In this document: one piece after another, positions 1-10,032 of the stretch
Position numbering within the stretch: the stretch's first letter is position 1
How the letters are laid out: each line of letters starts with the position of its first letter
DNA from: an uncultured Gammaproteobacteria bacterium
GTDB taxonomy: Bacteria; Patescibacteriota; Microgenomatia; Woykebacterales; RBG-16-39-9b
Assembly (NCBI GenBank): GCA_964360785.1
Contig: CAYHXX010000001.1
Coordinates: forward strand, 412,264 to 476,263
Direction of reading: 5' to 3'
Length of the DNA stretch: 64,000 nt
Position numbers and translations under genes: made by a program
Notes under the pieces: generated by a model
Seen by the model: only the letters and a program-made list of their open reading frames with translations
Databases searched by the model: none
Told to the model about the DNA's origin: nothing

Positions 1-402
1 TCCCGAAAGTTTCTCAAAATAGCTTTTCTTCTTATCTTCGAGTTGGAATTTTTTAAGCTCCTCCATAGGGTTGACTTCTATATCGTAAAAAGCGCCAAAC
101 ATCTTTAACAATTCGACCAAAGTAAGTTGTGGATAAAATCCTGCAGCCTGGAGCTGTACTCCGATTCTCCGCTTCACCTCCCAAGGGTGTTTGAGAGCGT
201 CAATACCTTCAACTGTTATATCTCCTTCTGTGGGTTGCTGCAATGTTTCTACAATTTCCAAAGTAGTAGTCTTACCCGCCCCGTTTGGGCCAAGAATACC
301 AAAAACTTCTCCTTCATTTACCTGAAAAGACACCCCTTTAACTGCGGTAAAGTCACCAAATTTCTTTATTAAATTCTTCACTTCAATTATTTTTGAGGCC
401 AT
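1..402 (-). CDS. ABC transporter ATP-binding protein (partial, runs off window start)
   Basis: Hand translation from ATG at 402: MASKIIEVKNLIKKFGDFTAVKGVSFQVNEGEVFGILGPNGAGKTTTLE, with Walker A; not in ORF track. Confidence 0.9.
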   Translation of the reverse strand, partial: MASKIIEVKNLIKKFGDFTAVKGVSFQVNEGEVFGILGPNGAGKTTTLEIVETLQQPTEGDITVEGIDALKHPWEVKRRIGVQLQAAGFYPQLTLVELLKMFGAFYDIEVNPMEELKKFQLEDKKKSYFEKLSG

Positions 403-461
403 GTATCAACGCAAATCAATTTAGAATCTTAACACAAAGTGCTAAGTACACAAGCCTGAGT

Positions 462-1745
462 TTAAGAACTAAAAGACCAGAATTTTGGGAGATGTAAAGT
501 AAATGTTGTTCCCTTACCCACGATACTTTCAACTGTTATATCCCCACCCATCCGCAACATGAGCTGTTTGGAAACATACAATCCGATACCATAACCCTTT
601 AGTTTAACTTCACCCGTATTACTGTTCTCAGTATAAAACTTATCAAAGATTTTAGCCTTTACCTCATCTGGAATCCCAACTCCGGTATCAGAAATAGAGA
701 ACAGTACATGTTTGTCTGTTGCCTGGGTACTGATTAGGATCTTTCCAAATTCTGGCGTGAAAAAAGTCGCATTTTCAACAAGTATTGCCAGAATTTCTTC
801 GAACCTTTCTTTGTCAATTAAAATCAAAGTCTCCTTGGGAACATTCAAAGTCAGATCAATTTCTTTTTGCTCAATCTCACTTCTTAAGTCATGAAGCACA
901 AATTCAACTGCCTCTCTCAAATCGATTTTCTGGAAATAGAAACGAATTTTTCCAGTTTCAATTCGGGCTACTTCCAGCAATAAAGCAATAATTGTGGCTA
1001 CTTTACTCCCAGTTGAGAAACTCTTGATGAGTAAGTTTCTCAAAGGTTCACTAAGCTTTATTTTCTTGTCCGTCGTTATAATCTCCAGATAACCTCTTAT
1101 AGCAGTTATCGGACTACGCAGTTCGTGGGCGATGATAAAGACAAACTCATCCTTCAGTTTGTCCAATTGCCTTAGCTGTTCGACCTGGAATTCTTGCTGT
1201 CTTCTCTGGATTATAACCAGTTCTGTTACCAGGAACCTTCCCAAAGCAGTCACTAACCAAATACCAAACAGATTCAGAATATAAATACTGAAGGCGTTTC
1301 CGAAATCACCTTTATCAAGGAAATTGATCAGATGAAAACTCATGACTACTGAAGCATAAATTGAACTAGCTATCGCGTAACGTTGGGGTAAGTTTGCGGC
1401 TGTGCTAAGTATAGGCAGGAAATAAAGAAAGGTGAAATAACTATAAGTACCGCCGGTAAAATGGACGATAAACAAAATTGCCGTGAGATAAACCAAAGTT
1501 TCTATGAAAAACTTCATTTCTTGAGAAAATAGCTTTGTGGGAAGTATTCGGTGCCATAAAAAAGCAAATATAATTAAGAAAACACAAATTGAGTAGATTC
1601 CTGGGAAATACTTTGGCAATATTTCAGTACCAAACGGGCTTGGGAGGGGAAATTGTAAAATAATAATTCCTAGTAAAATGAAAACTACCACAAAAATCTC
1701 GCGGAATCGTTCTATTCTCTTAAATTTTGCAATATTATTTTCCAT
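462..1745 (-). CDS. Membrane sensor histidine kinase (His-containing; atypical N-box)
   Basis: 5-6 TM N-terminus, H-box AHELRSP, N-box AILVENATFF, G1 DTGVG, G2 GYGIGL. Confidence 0.9.
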   Translation of the reverse strand: MENNIAKFKRIERFREIFVVVFILLGIIILQFPLPSPFGTEILPKYFPGIYSICVFLIIFAFLWHRILPTKLFSQEMKFFIETLVYLTAILFIVHFTGGTYSYFTFLYFLPILSTAANLPQRYAIASSIYASVVMSFHLINFLDKGDFGNAFSIYILNLFGIWLVTALGRFLVTELVIIQRRQQEFQVEQLRQLDKLKDEFVFIIAHELRSPITAIRGYLEIITTDKKIKLSEPLRNLLIKSFSTGSKVATIIALLLEVARIETGKIRFYFQKIDLREAVEFVLHDLRSEIEQKEIDLTLNVPKETLILIDKERFEEILAILVENATFFTPEFGKILISTQATDKHVLFSISDTGVGIPDEVKAKIFDKFYTENSNTGEVKLKGYGIGLYVSKQLMLRMGGDITVESIVGKGTTFTLHLPKFWSFSS

Positions 1746-3018
1746 GTTGTTGCTGTAAAGGCAAAGTAAAGTAGAAAGTTGTCCCTTTACCTACTTGGCT
1801 CTCAAACCAAATTTTACCTCCCTGTCTTTCTATCAATTCTTTTGTGACAAAAAGTCCTAAGCCAGTACCTTTAGATTCGGTGGAGCTACGATTGACTCGA
1901 TAAAATTTCTCAAAAAGATGTAATTTTGCCTCTTCTGGTATTCCGTAACCTTGATCAGAAATTCTTATTTGTGCAAAACCATCTGTTTTTACAAAAGAAA
2001 TACCAACCACTGTCCCCTTGGGTGAATATTTGACTGCGTTATCGATCAAATTTGCTAAAATCTCATGAAGCCTGGAGGAATCAGCCAAGACTATCAACTG
2101 TTCTTTGCTTGGTTCGTACTTCAAATCTATTTCTTTTTCAGAAGCACTCATACTAAAATCTGACAGGGTGGATCCTATCAAACCATTCAACTCTACTGGC
2201 TGCAAATCCAAACTCAATTTCTGGTTTTCTATACGCGATAAATCGGACAGATCACTCACCAATCGTGAAAGTCTCTGGCTATTCTCTCTTGTCTTTGTAA
2301 GCAGTTCCGTTAAATCCTCAGTCCAAGTATTGTCTTTGGATTTAAATGCAGAATCAAGGTAATTTTGCAAGGCGAGAATTGGCTGGCGAAGTTTGTTTGA
2401 AATAACAAATACAAACTCGTTCTTGACCAGATCAATCTGCCTGGCAACCTTAAGATGGTCAGAAATTTCTGAAGCTTTGGCAAGGCGCTCCTCATCAAAA
2501 ATCATTTTTCCATACAACCCAACTACTGTAAGCGACCAAATGTGTAGCAGTGCCAGACCAATGTTTTGCAGAAACGGTAGCTTGGAGAAACCAAAAGCCT
2601 CCAGAAGGATATATAGACAAATACTAACAACCACTACAGAGAAAAAACGGGTAGGAATTGAAGCTGCTGCTCCTAGAATTGTCAGATAAAAAAAGAATAA
2701 AGCAAAACTTTGAATCCCATTTGTAGAGTGAATTGCAACTGCTATGAAAATAACTGTGAACAAATAATAAACAAACGTTTTGGTAAATCCGGTGTATTTT
2801 TTGGGTAGTAAGCGAAACCAAAAAAAGGCAAAACCGAATATAAATATAAAAAGAAAATAAAGGGCTTTTCTTTCGACGGGGAAACTATAATGAAGTTGAG
2901 TCAAAATGAAACCGCTAAAAATACCGAGATAGGTAAATATTTCGGAAATCTTCTCGTAGCGAAAGTATTTTTCCTTTTCTGCGAGAGAGGTAGCATTTAT
3001 GGGTTGAGCAGATTCCAT
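1735..3018 (-). CDS. Membrane histidine kinase-like protein lacking the phosphoacceptor His
   Basis: TM N-terminus, H-box region reads SNKLRQP, canonical N-box NLIDNAVKY, G1 DQGYG, F-box, G2 GTGLGL. Confidence 0.88.
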   Translation of the reverse strand: MESAQPINATSLAEKEKYFRYEKISEIFTYLGIFSGFILTQLHYSFPVERKALYFLFIFIFGFAFFWFRLLPKKYTGFTKTFVYYLFTVIFIAVAIHSTNGIQSFALFFFYLTILGAAASIPTRFFSVVVVSICLYILLEAFGFSKLPFLQNIGLALLHIWSLTVVGLYGKMIFDEERLAKASEISDHLKVARQIDLVKNEFVFVISNKLRQPILALQNYLDSAFKSKDNTWTEDLTELLTKTRENSQRLSRLVSDLSDLSRIENQKLSLDLQPVELNGLIGSTLSDFSMSASEKEIDLKYEPSKEQLIVLADSSRLHEILANLIDNAVKYSPKGTVVGISFVKTDGFAQIRISDQGYGIPEEAKLHLFEKFYRVNRSSTESKGTGLGLFVTKELIERQGGKIWFESQVGKGTTFYFTLPLQQQHGK

Positions 3019-3052
3019 CTACTCTTCAATTCTAACAAAATTAGAACCAAGC

Positions 3053-4459
3053 TTAAAGCTGGAGTATTGCCTTCTCTATTCTTTCTAGAGTTTTCTCTTT
3101 CCCAATAAGCTCAACTGTCGAGAAAAGGGGAGGAGTTGCTTCTCTACCAGTTACTATTATTCTTAGAGTCATAAAAAGCTCTCGTCGGCTCCAACTTGTG
3201 CTTTCTTGAAACTTTGAAATTGTTTCTTCTAAAGCTGTTTCAGTCCAACTTAAGTTTTTCAAAGCTTCAACTAGGTTCCCTAGAATCTCTTTTGCTTGAA
3301 TATTTTCCTTGCCTTTTGGCAAATAACTTTCCTTCGGGGTTTCTATATCTTCAAAAAAGAAACTAACTAAAGTATCAAACTCTGAAAGTTTCTTCATTCT
3401 TTCTTTAACCAAAGGCAAAACTTTAATTATCTGTTCATTTGAATACTTAGAGAATTTTTCCTGCTGCAATCTTTTGACCAATTCAACTTCTGGCATTGCC
3501 CGAATATACTCTCCGTTTAGCCAATCGAGTTTTTGAACGTCAAATACCGGCCCACTCGGATCGATACGATCAAAACTAAAGGCTTCAATCATCTCCTCAA
3601 GTGAAAATATTTCTTGATCCCCAGACATAGACCAACCCATCAATCCCAAGAAATTCCTTAATGCTTCAGGTAGATAACCTTGCTGTCTGTAATAATCGAT
3701 GGCAACGGGATTTTTGCGCTTACTTATTTTACTTTTATCAACATTGCGTAATAAGGGTAAGTGCGCAAATTTTGGTTTTTCCCACCCAAAAGCTGAATAC
3801 AGCAAAACATGTTTTGGGGCTGATGAGAGCCATTCTTCCGCCCGAATTACATGAGATATTTCCATAAGATAATCGTCCACTACCGAAGCTAGATGGTAGG
3901 TTGGGAAACCATCGCTTTTGAGAAGCACTTGGTCATCAATCAGTTTGTTTTGAAATGTTATTTTTCCCCGAATCTCATCTTCTACAACAGTTTCCCCTTC
4001 CTCGGGGATTGCCAGACGAACAACTGTATTCTCAACTGATTTTGGCGGATTATAACGACATTTGCGATCATAATGTGGTACCGCGCCTTCTTTTTGTTGC
4101 TCGTCTCGAAGTTTCGTCAAACGCTCAGTTGTACACTCACAACGATAGGCTTTGCCTGAATTAATTAATTTCTCAACGTATTCTTTGTAAATATCCAATC
4201 TCTCAGATTGTCTATAAGGACCAGACCGGCCATCTTTTTCAGGACCTTCATCTGGTTCCAAACCCAACCATTTTAAAGCCTCATTAATTTCGTCTTCCGA
4301 ACCTTCGACAAAACGTGTACGATCGGTATCTTCGATACGCAGAATAAAATCCCCTTTGTTCTTTTTAGCGAAGCAATAGTTGAACAAAGCAGCATAAGCA
4401 GTTCCTATATGTGGGCTTCCTGTAGGGGAAGGTGCAATTCGAGTACGGACTTTTTCCAT
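3053..4459 (-). CDS. gltX: Glutamate--tRNA ligase
   Basis: RTRIAPSPTG..HIGT, LRIEDTD, KISKR motifs. Confidence 0.97.
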   Translation of the reverse strand: MEKVRTRIAPSPTGSPHIGTAYAALFNYCFAKKNKGDFILRIEDTDRTRFVEGSEDEINEALKWLGLEPDEGPEKDGRSGPYRQSERLDIYKEYVEKLINSGKAYRCECTTERLTKLRDEQQKEGAVPHYDRKCRYNPPKSVENTVVRLAIPEEGETVVEDEIRGKITFQNKLIDDQVLLKSDGFPTYHLASVVDDYLMEISHVIRAEEWLSSAPKHVLLYSAFGWEKPKFAHLPLLRNVDKSKISKRKNPVAIDYYRQQGYLPEALRNFLGLMGWSMSGDQEIFSLEEMIEAFSFDRIDPSGPVFDVQKLDWLNGEYIRAMPEVELVKRLQQEKFSKYSNEQIIKVLPLVKERMKKLSEFDTLVSFFFEDIETPKESYLPKGKENIQAKEILGNLVEALKNLSWTETALEETISKFQESTSWSRRELFMTLRIIVTGREATPPLFSTVELIGKEKTLERIEKAILQL

Positions 4460-4592
4460 AATCTTTTAAACTAATGCGTTGATTATAATCTCTACGGCTA
4501 GAAAGCGCGAGATGTTATCACAACAATGGTATTATTCTTTTCCAACCTAGCACAACTTGAGTGCGCAACTATAAAAAGTTATACTTTTAACA

Positions 4593-5663
4593 ATGACCGG
4601 CCTGCCCTATGTTGCTGAGAATATTAGATCTGTCCTCAAATGGAGTTTAATTTCCGTAGTTACGCTTTTTTCCTTGTGGGTTTTGTGGGTTGTCTTTAGT
4701 TTCACCTACAAACTAATTTTTCCTCCTCCCCCTGCACCACCTGATGTTGCTTTCGGAAAACTTAGGCAGCCAGTCACTTTTAATTCGACGTTCTCTGCAA
4801 ATCTTTTTATATTAGACACCCCGGGAAACACCTTTGTTTCTCCACCCAAAGCTTTGCAAGTTTATGAAATACCAAGGATCGAAGGAGAGTTTGCCTCTTT
4901 AGACAATGCAAAAAAGATTGCTAGAAACGCTGGTCTAGATAGTGAACCTCAGCAACTCTCCGATAATGAATGGCGATGGACCAACAAGAAAAACCCGAAT
5001 AAGTCTTTGAAGTTTAATATTGTAACTAACAATTTTGTTTATACCTACGACTGGAACGCTGACACAAAGGTTCTTGAGGGCAACTTTAAGACTAATGATG
5101 AAGCAATTATCTCAAAGGCTAAAGGCCAACTAACTTCCTTTAAAGCCTTGAAAGATGATTTAAAGAACGGAACAACACGAATCAGTTATTGGAAAATAGT
5201 TGGCAAGGATCGAAACAGTGTTGGAAGTTATTCAGAAGCCAATGCTGTAATGGTGGAATTCTTCCGCCAAGAAATTGATAAGGAAAATAAGCTAATTGAA
5301 CTAAATCCAGACCGAGCACAGGTAAACGTTTGGCTTTCACCTAGTGCTGGAGACAATCAGTTATTGGAATTAAATTACACCTATTTTAGTTACAGCAAAG
5401 ATAAAACAGCAACCTACCCACCAAAGTCAGGAACACAAGCTTTTGAGGATCTCAAGACTGCCAAAGCATTTATCGCAAAGGGCCTAAACGAAACTTTTGA
5501 AACCATTACGATTACCAAAACTTACCTTGCATATCTAAATCCAAATACTGATCGAAGAACTTTACAACAAGTTTATGTGTTTGAGGGAAACGGTATTGTG
5601 AAAGGCGAGAAAAAGGATTTTGTTGCCTATGTACCTGCAATTACCAAAGACTATCAGCGCTAA
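4593..5663 (+). CDS. Hypothetical single-TM extracytoplasmic protein
   Basis: 356-aa ORF, N-terminal TM followed by PPPPAPPDVAFGKL; TTGAGT-N17-TATACT promoter immediately upstream. Confidence 0.75.
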   Translation: MTGLPYVAENIRSVLKWSLISVVTLFSLWVLWVVFSFTYKLIFPPPPAPPDVAFGKLRQPVTFNSTFSANLFILDTPGNTFVSPPKALQVYEIPRIEGEFASLDNAKKIARNAGLDSEPQQLSDNEWRWTNKKNPNKSLKFNIVTNNFVYTYDWNADTKVLEGNFKTNDEAIISKAKGQLTSFKALKDDLKNGTTRISYWKIVGKDRNSVGSYSEANAVMVEFFRQEIDKENKLIELNPDRAQVNVWLSPSAGDNQLLELNYTYFSYSKDKTATYPPKSGTQAFEDLKTAKAFIAKGLNETFETITITKTYLAYLNPNTDRRTLQQVYVFEGNGIVKGEKKDFVAYVPAITKDYQR

Positions 5664-5715
5664 TTCGCCTTTCTGAGTTTATTAATTATTCATTTTTAAT
5701 TTCTGGGTAAATATT

Positions 5716-7113
5716 TTATTCTTTTGAATCTACTAACTTGAGCCCAAGTTCCTTCAAGATTTTGTCAGAAACTTTACTCGGCGCATCCATTACTGAAATC
5801 TGGCCAGAGGAAGCGATCGGGAAAGCAATGACTTCACGAATTGATTTTTCGCCTTGAAGCACCGCGACGAGGCGGTCAAGCCCAATTGCAATTCCCCCAT
5901 GGACCGGTGCACCATAACTGTAGGCCTCAAGAATATGGCCAAAATCTGCTTCAATTTCTTTTGGTGAATAGCCCATGATTTTGAAAACCTGTTTCTGGAT
6001 CTGCGGTTCGTGAATCCGAATACTACCAGAAGCAAGTTCAAAACCGTTACAAACTAAATCGTATTGCAATGAGCCAATTTTATCGATGTCCTTTTCAGAC
6101 TTTAATTTTTCGATATCTTCAGGATCTGGAGCGGTAAAGGGGTTGTGGGAAAAAGTCCAGCGTTTCTCCTCTTCACTATACTCAAACAACGGAAAATCGA
6201 TCACAAAAGCAAAGGCGAGCTCATCTTTATCATCTTTATTCTTACGAGCGTCAAATTTATCGGCGCCATATTTTTTCATGGCCTCGGCGTAGGTGTAGCG
6301 CGGAAATGGTTTAGCAGCTACTTTCTTTCCAAGTTTTTCAGCTAAATTAATCATTAGCTTTTCGACCAAATCCAAAATATCTTCTCTTTCGACAAAAGCC
6401 ATTTCCAAATCTAGTTGGGTGTGCTCAAATTGACGATCAGCACGAAGATCCTCGTCGCGAAATGCTCTTGGGAACTGATAATAGCGGTCAATACCGGTTA
6501 ACATCAAAAGTTGTTTGTATTGCTGGGGTGACTGGGTCAACGCGTAAAATTCGCCTTTCTGTAGTCTTGAAGGCACCAAAAAATCACGGGCTCCTTCTGG
6601 AGTTGTCTTACTCATGTATGGTGTTTCCACTTCAATAAATTTTTCTTTATTAAGAAAATCTCGCATGCAAGAGACCACTTCATGTCGTGCTCTGAGGTTT
6701 TTTTGCAAACGTTGTCTGCGTAAGTCCAAATATCGATATTTTAATCTGATTACCTCATCGATTTCAGTTCCGTCAGTATCAATTGGAAGCGGTAATTCTT
6801 TGGCTTTACCGACAATTTCAATTTCAGAAGCTGTTAATTCAAGTTTTCCAGTTTCTAAATCCGGGTTAATATTTCCTTCTGGACGATTTTTAAGTTCACC
6901 TGTGACCCGAATACAATCTTCACTGGTTAAACCTTCGGCAATGTTGTACGCCTTTTCTTGTTTAGGCGTGGCAACCACTTGGAGTAGACCAGTCGAGTCC
7001 CGAAGGTCAAAGAAAATAAGTTTCCCATGATCGCGACGAGAATCGACCCAACCATAAACTTCAACCTCAGAACCTACTTTTTCTAATAAATCTGTTATAT
7101 ACGTTCGTTTCAT
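5716..7113 (-). CDS. aspS: Aspartate--tRNA ligase (short form without GAD insert)
   Basis: OB-fold RRDHGKLIFFDLRD, TPEGARDFLVP, SPQQYKQLLM, FRDED, GGIAIGLDRL. Confidence 0.95.
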   Translation of the reverse strand: MKRTYITDLLEKVGSEVEVYGWVDSRRDHGKLIFFDLRDSTGLLQVVATPKQEKAYNIAEGLTSEDCIRVTGELKNRPEGNINPDLETGKLELTASEIEIVGKAKELPLPIDTDGTEIDEVIRLKYRYLDLRRQRLQKNLRARHEVVSCMRDFLNKEKFIEVETPYMSKTTPEGARDFLVPSRLQKGEFYALTQSPQQYKQLLMLTGIDRYYQFPRAFRDEDLRADRQFEHTQLDLEMAFVEREDILDLVEKLMINLAEKLGKKVAAKPFPRYTYAEAMKKYGADKFDARKNKDDKDELAFAFVIDFPLFEYSEEEKRWTFSHNPFTAPDPEDIEKLKSEKDIDKIGSLQYDLVCNGFELASGSIRIHEPQIQKQVFKIMGYSPKEIEADFGHILEAYSYGAPVHGGIAIGLDRLVAVLQGEKSIREVIAFPIASSGQISVMDAPSKVSDKILKELGLKLVDSKE

Positions 7114-7148
7114 TTAGCCACCATTCTATTCTAAAGTTGAGTTCTTGT

Positions 7149-7601
7149 CTAGAAGTTTATCCGTTCTAGTTTTCCTTTTATAAAAATTGGCTTCAGACCA
7201 TAAATTTCTTCTTCTATAGTTAATTTCCCTGAGATTTCATTAAGAATAAAGATCTTTTTCTTATTTAAAAAAGCAACCAACATTTCCATCAGTGTATTAC
7301 CACCGATATATCCATCAACCCCGTTCTTTTCGTAGTTTACGACTAAAATCGCATCTGATTTAAGAATTTTATTAAAATGATGAACCATTAGTTTCGTTTT
7401 CTTGGTGTAGTCTTTCTCGTTTTTAAACCAGGTTTTGTAGTAGGAAACATCAAAATTATTGTTTTTCTTCATAATATTTACTGTTTTTGGCGTTTTTACT
7501 TTAAAACCAAGCCTCTTTAGCTCTTTTTCGATTTCAAGAACCTGTTTGTAAAAAGACGCACTCGAGCAGATAGCGATTATTTTTGGATTTTTCTTTTTCA
7601 T
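7149..7601 (-). CDS. Hypothetical protein, nucleoside 2-deoxyribosyltransferase-like Rossmannoid fold
   Basis: IAICSS...SDAILVVN...YIGGNTLMEM.VA...KKIF pattern resembles the NDT/DUF4406-like superfamily (inference). Confidence 0.55.
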   Translation of the reverse strand: MKKKNPKIIAICSSASFYKQVLEIEKELKRLGFKVKTPKTVNIMKKNNNFDVSYYKTWFKNEKDYTKKTKLMVHHFNKILKSDAILVVNYEKNGVDGYIGGNTLMEMLVAFLNKKKIFILNEISGKLTIEEEIYGLKPIFIKGKLERINF

Positions 7602-8062
7602 ATTATTTTTAATTCCTTAAACCACTGAAACCATACTTCTTCAATTCCAGGCGACAGTTTCCAAACTTCATCGTCAATCTTTCCGGATAAATATTCTTCG
7701 GTTCTTTCGGCTAAAGACCTTATTTCTTCTTTTGAAAACCAACCAACCTTTTTTGTTTCGTCTTTACTACCGACTACTTGCCCACTTGTCTTCCCCTCAA
7801 AAATTTCCCAATCATGGTAGTTCCCATCTTCTCTTCTACACTTATTGTCTTTTTTCCCTTTAATCACAAGCTTTAATGCAGTTGCTGAAAGACCAACTTC
7901 TTCTTTCAATTCTCGACGAGCACCTTCTTCAAAGTTATCGCCATCCAAATGTCCTGCCGGAGGCGCAAAGCCAAACGGAAAATTCTTCCGCTCAATTAGC
8001 AACAGCTTATCCTTGTCCCAAACTAATATTCCCACACTGGTATGATCACAAACTTTGCTCAT
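7598..8062 (-). CDS. NUDIX hydrolase
   Basis: Nudix box GHLDGDNFEEGARRELKEEVG. Confidence 0.9.
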   Translation of the reverse strand: MSKVCDHTSVGILVWDKDKLLLIERKNFPFGFAPPAGHLDGDNFEEGARRELKEEVGLSATALKLVIKGKKDNKCRREDGNYHDWEIFEGKTSGQVVGSKDETKKVGWFSKEEIRSLAERTEEYLSGKIDDEVWKLSPGIEEVWFQWFKELKII

Positions 8063-9702
8063 TTTTTTACTTTCCTCAAATCTTTAATTCTTGCTTCCAG
8101 TCGCTTGCGGCTGTTCCAGAAATTTTCTCGGGTGTTGTAAACAATGTCAACCATTTCACCTTCATTTGGCATGATAGAGCTTAAACCAAAACCAACTGCG
8201 TCCAAAATCCTTTGGTCCTTATCTTTTAAAGCTAGCTTAATATGATTATTTTCCTTACCAACCGTACGGACACTGACAACTTCAAGGTTTTTGGTTAAAA
8301 ACAACGGTTCCGGATTGCCCATACCAAAGGGCTCGAATTCTTTAAGAAGATTTGCTAACTCCTCGTTTATCTGCGAGAGCGAAATTTCCGTGTCGATTTT
8401 TAATATTGGAATCAGGTCCTTTTCAGAGAGAGACTCTTCAGCTAGTTGCTCAAGATTAGAGCGAAATTCCCGAATATTACTCTCCTCTATTGAAAACCCA
8501 GCCGCCATTGGGTGCCCTCCGTGTGAAACTAATAATTTTTCTTGTTTATGGATTGCTTCGGTAATATTAAAGTTGGCAATTGAACGCGCTGAGCCTTTGA
8601 ATAACTTCTCTCCTTTTCCGATTACTGCGGTCGGTCGATAAAACTCTTCCACCAACCGGGAAGAGGCTAACCCAACTACACCTTCTGGGTAAAGATAAGA
8701 ATCTACTACTAAGAACTTCGACCCTAAATAATCTTTTTTAATTGTTTCTCTGGCATGATCAATAACTTCGATAGTTTTTTGTTGTCTTTCTTTATTGGTA
8801 CTACCCAAGGTTTGCGCAAGAGAAGAAGCTCTATTCTTATTTTTTGTGAGAAGTAAACGCAACGAATCCATTGCCGAGTCAAGTCTTCCCATAGCGTTTA
8901 ACCTTGGCGAAATTATGAAACCAATTTCATATGTCCCAACTACTTTTCCTATCCCCGCTTCTTCGTAAAGCGCCTGCAATCCTAGTCTTTGGGTCTTGCC
9001 CAAACCAGACAACCCGTTTTTTACAATAATCCGACTGTCTCCAACCAAAGGCACCATGTCTGCTACAGTCCCGATTGTCGCTAGTTCCAAGTTTTTGATT
9101 GATTGCTGATCATGTTCACCACCGTAAGTGGCCATCAAAACCTCTGCAAGTCTAAAAGCCACACCGCTCCCTGCTAAAGTTGTCGTATGAATTAGAGCAA
9201 AGGGTTTTGGAAGTTGATCTTGTGGTTGGTGATGATCAGTAATTATCAGATCGAGACCAAGTTTCTTTGCGACTTGGGCTTCGGTGGTAGCAGTGATCCC
9301 ACAATCAACTGAGATAACAACTTTGGCACCTTGCTCAGCGAGTTGTTCTAATGCTTCAGAGTGAAGTCCATAACCCTCGCTTCTTCTAGAAGGGATATAG
9401 GGCAACACTGTACCACCTAAATGGTTAATCGTTTCCCAAAGAATTGCCACCCCAGTAATCCCATCCACATCATAATCACCATAAACAAAAATAAGCTCTT
9501 TGTTCTTTATAGCTTTTATAATTCGTGTTACTGCCTTTTCAATTTCCGGGAAAAGCTTATCTGTTTTGGTGAATTCGTTAAAATGCGGGTGCTGAAACTT
9601 CCTTTGTTCTTCTGCGCTCTTTAAGTTTCGATTCGATAAGATTTGGTTTCTTAGATCATCAGAAACTTTTTGTGCAACTACCCAACGTTTTTCCACCCAC
9701 AA
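8059..9702 (-). CDS. recJ: Single-stranded-DNA-specific exonuclease RecJ
   Basis: YGDYDVDG, DCG, TDHH, GSARS, GGH motifs. Confidence 0.95.
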   Translation of the reverse strand: MWVEKRWVVAQKVSDDLRNQILSNRNLKSAEEQRKFQHPHFNEFTKTDKLFPEIEKAVTRIIKAIKNKELIFVYGDYDVDGITGVAILWETINHLGGTVLPYIPSRRSEGYGLHSEALEQLAEQGAKVVISVDCGITATTEAQVAKKLGLDLIITDHHQPQDQLPKPFALIHTTTLAGSGVAFRLAEVLMATYGGEHDQQSIKNLELATIGTVADMVPLVGDSRIIVKNGLSGLGKTQRLGLQALYEEAGIGKVVGTYEIGFIISPRLNAMGRLDSAMDSLRLLLTKNKNRASSLAQTLGSTNKERQQKTIEVIDHARETIKKDYLGSKFLVVDSYLYPEGVVGLASSRLVEEFYRPTAVIGKGEKLFKGSARSIANFNITEAIHKQEKLLVSHGGHPMAAGFSIEESNIREFRSNLEQLAEESLSEKDLIPILKIDTEISLSQINEELANLLKEFEPFGMGNPEPLFLTKNLEVVSVRTVGKENNHIKLALKDKDQRILDAVGFGLSSIMPNEGEMVDIVYNTRENFWNSRKRLEARIKDLRKVKK

Positions 9703-9716
9703 AGTTTAACACAACT

Positions 9717-10016
9717 CTAAGTGCGTACCCAACCAAACGTTTTCAAATCTATTTTATTTTTTCGAAACACTACTCCTTCATCCTGTAGCAGCTTCATTTG
9801 AATATCTTTGCCACCAAAAGCAAACCCGTCTGCCAAGGTTCCATCTGAGTGAACAACTCTGTGGCAGGGGACAGCTCTTGGGTCTTTGTTTTGATGCAGA
9901 TACTTTCCGACAACTCTCGGTCCTGTTTCAACAAGTCTGGCAATTTGGCCATAGGTCGTCACCTTACCTTTTGGGATTGTTTTAACAACGGAATAAACTG
10001 CTGCTTTTGTACTCAT
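9717..10016 (-). CDS. MGMT-family O6-alkylguanine DNA alkyltransferase (C-terminal domain only)
   Basis: IPKGKVTTYGQIA and active-site PCHRV. Confidence 0.88.
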   Translation of the reverse strand: MSTKAAVYSVVKTIPKGKVTTYGQIARLVETGPRVVGKYLHQNKDPRAVPCHRVVHSDGTLADGFAFGGKDIQMKLLQDEGVVFRKNKIDLKTFGWVRT

Positions 10017-10032
10017 ATTTCTATGATATTAT

